This document shows, piece after piece, positions 25,101 to 26,197 of a DNA stretch of 26,197 bases; positions within the stretch are counted from its first letter, which is position 1, and each line of letters opens with the position of its first letter. This stretch comes from a virus (Duplodnaviria; Caudoviricetes), in the IMG/VR virus record IMGVR_UViG_3300028194_000280, positions 1 to 26,197 of that record, one strand, 5' to 3'. Under the pieces are notes generated by a model that did not search any database, had not been told where the DNA came from, and saw only the letters and a list, made by a program, of their open reading frames with translations. The translations under genes and the position numbers were made by a program.

Positions 25101-26197
25101 AGTCAGGTTGACAACACTGAAGTTAGTGGCATTGAATTAGAGGTAATTGAAAAGAAAATAGCAAAACTTGAAATAAAACAACAAGAGTATTTTGATGAAT
25201 TAAATTTAGATCTTGAAGAATTTACTGCTGAAAGACGTAAAAAAATAAGACAAAAAGTTAGAAATATAATTGGCAAACAAAAAAACATTAAATATACTAA
25301 GCTTAATGATGTTGAATTTGCAGAAAAATTTGGTGAAAAAGCTACAGAAGGTTTATTTATAAATGAATCTGGCGAAATATTTGTTAACGAAACTTATGCT
25401 AACGAAATAAATAGTGTTTCAGTAGACTCGCACGAGCTTCTTCACCCTGCTATGAACGTTACTTTAAATAAGTTGGCTGCTGAAGGTAGATTAAATCCTT
25501 TTATAACTGACTTTAAAAAATCTTTACCAGCTAATGTTTTAGCTGAAGCTCAGCGTATAATTGATGAAAGAACAGATATAACTGATAAAGAATTTACTAG
25601 AGAATGGTTTAATGTTGTTTCTGACGTATTACAAAGCGGTAGAATAAAAACTGTTAATACTAGAAGTACCATGCAGAAATTAGCAGATACTTTTACAAAG
25701 TTTTTCAAAGGAGAAACACCAATGAAGGATGTTGATTTTGAAAATGGCAATGACGCTTACGAGTTTATAAAAAGATATTCAGACAGCTTTAGAGAAGGTG
25801 AGAGTGATGCTCCGCTAGAAGAAGCTGTTGTTAGCAAGCTTAAAAGATTTGAAACTTCATCAACAGAAGAAAAAGGTTCATCAACAGAAGAAAAAGGAGA
25901 ATATTCTAGTTTTCAAATACCAATTATTGACAGAGGAACAAAAACCACTGATCCTAAAATTTTAACTGGCGGTCAAACAAAAACTTTTAGCAAGCAAATT
26001 GATAAAATAATAGCTAGTGGTATTAAAAGTGGTAAAACCTTAGAGCAAATACAAGATAATGTTTTAACAAGATTTGGTTGGAATATGTCTCAACAGGCTG
26101 AAGTTATTAAATTCATCAAAGGAAAGATTGACGGTAGTATTAAAAACGATTTTAATAGCTGGAGACTTGGAGAGCCAAAACTTGGTAGTAAAGGTAC
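22164..26197 (+). CDS. Giant internal virion / ejection protein (>1344 aa, 3'-truncated) with zincin peptidase domain
   Basis: ATG at 22164 (MPEEKLTIADFASAVRSKYNAYEDVEDSVLVEKIIEKYPEY...). By hand translation the frame stays open to the window end (..WRLGEPKLGSKG), which explains its absence from the ORF track. Gly/Ala hydrophobic segments mid-protein; HELLH at 25431-25445. Confidence 0.85.
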   Translation, partial: MPEEKLTIADFASAVRSKYNAYEDVEDSVLVEKIIEKYPEYSSQVEMSTDVKIEEPEAVVEEKSLDSPYLANATGEFVTGRGEPTKIDPLSKEDVEKSKEIITAVEKKEKDSKDNLKNLQSYQFIDIPGQDYELKEPSLGLDGVPVGGVTNDQNQPTYNEPSYLDNKYRSIVDKKDADVDGVSGASGLPTTKEEWFTTDEGNAWWEQNWWKKDNVLIEEGLADNPDYINTGIRYGGKINYTKALNSEIGTILNDDGLKFPLKEGFVLDPEIIDKAKENINLKNVKILSDFYGNKTVGQAGFHQRELIRLDSENKEMNPLGVGYGANFTKNLEQIDFHKNEILKLRKDYFSKQYDEDGIPNEWYNPLSGEMIKKKQATPDEMMEESQAIAIAQNKWGDTNIEVLYSKENDLINEVIYLANKSQTNPEEIKAGIGDFNMSGLTKNQKEAFKKQLNSDFLVPGLSYLPGDSKIANEFNNKLTDLVQIQKAIVLNYKPTDLKNTDGPTDYIIEGFRGLAQELNPFKISNISISEGVRRLSPDKDIQKTQESLAFIDFAKGIVGEKKLGELKEYWEPGFQKGSAQAIMEGVKIAGEFIITKKIAGSSAKRITNGFTGLSKYILGRSRVANAINMTAATMVEEGLIIEANNNLIRKPFGEEEFDPRFAIGLAIGGSIFRGSKNFLEGTQTYKNLITKLSKAPVFENIINGIVQPTVSSFTILSGSVGEISMKEDIGLKQAFDQLTKEDGFLQHMFSTFIMVKSAGLANPVKGITGLLAAGRQSLIAKQGALNVRASKASKVLDLNRELKENNEDGTKALTEKQIDEKAFDMMRKEGLFKELLTEEQINRKKEIREAAGTLKTEIDFNNIIKEIESTYGKNEYANIFTMGRRLQNGQMPTPEQALTLANMASIDQVYSIIKDPNGSFSENKRQEKQFVDYVNSIKEFVTNIRKVGKTANDPKKETKLLKKHMEYESLISGPLALLNSQVDNTEVSGIELEVIEKKIAKLEIKQQEYFDELNLDLEEFTAERRKKIRQKVRNIIGKQKNIKYTKLNDVEFAEKFGEKATEGLFINESGEIFVNETYANEINSVSVDSHELLHPAMNVTLNKLAAEGRLNPFITDFKKSLPANVLAEAQRIIDERTDITDKEFTREWFNVVSDVLQSGRIKTVNTRSTMQKLADTFTKFFKGETPMKDVDFENGNDAYEFIKRYSDSFREGESDAPLEEAVVSKLKRFETSSTEEKGSSTEEKGEYSSFQIPIIDRGTKTTDPKILTGGQTKTFSKQIDKIIASGIKSGKTLEQIQDNVLTRFGWNMSQQAEVIKFIKGKIDGSIKNDFNSWRLGEPKLGSKG
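25856..25897 (+). repeat. Perfect 21-bp tandem duplication (SSTEEKG x2)
   Basis: ttcatcaacagaagaaaaagg at 25856-25876 and 25877-25897, frame-preserving. Confidence 0.95.

Noticed and set aside
392-25750. All minus-strand ORFs in the track (e.g. 392-709, 3161-3454, 8080-8352, 24371-24751)
   Set aside because: They lie antisense to well-supported + strand genes, are Phe/Ser/Leu-rich as expected for the reverse of Lys/Glu-rich codons, and show no recognisable motifs.
1-26197. Stop-codon reassignment, as in some crAss-like phages
   Set aside because: Long genes are intact in the standard code, and TAG (2628-2630) and TGA (603-605, 3441-3443) end genes exactly where the next gene starts.

Overview
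AT-rich (roughly 30% GC by eye), densely coding fragment of a tailed dsDNA phage with every credible gene on the + strand. It is the virion morphogenesis module of a podovirus-type phage whose architecture resembles crAss-like and marine Cellulophaga/Flavobacteriia phages. A Bacteroidota host is inferred from the A/T-rich leaders that lack Shine-Dalgarno sequences. Gene order: four coupled tiny Lys/Cys-rich ORFs, a small HExxH peptidase, GTA-type holin, putative capsid spike-base protein, two hypotheticals, tandem GroES-like co-chaperonin, candidate small terminase, large terminase, portal, scaffold, major capsid protein, putative decoration protein, terminator, hypothetical, terminator, two head-tail ring proteins, a tail muzzle/nozzle apparently split over two genes, a GNAT-like protein, two ejection-protein-like genes, and a giant (>1340 aa) ORF that runs off the window and is missing from the ORF track. 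Highlights: (1) an SUEL/rhamnose-binding (Gal_Lectin-type) lectin domain, a family best known from animals and plants, inside the tail muzzle protein among other small inserted modules; (2) a zincin HELLH peptidase domain inside the giant, probably ejected protein; (3) the basic Cys-containing mini-protein cluster; (4) 5-nt-periodic leaders before start codons and a repeated AACAAGTGATwATA intergenic motif. I saw no tRNA, CRISPR array, integrase, intron/intein or stop-codon recoding. All family assignments come from motif recognition, not database searches.
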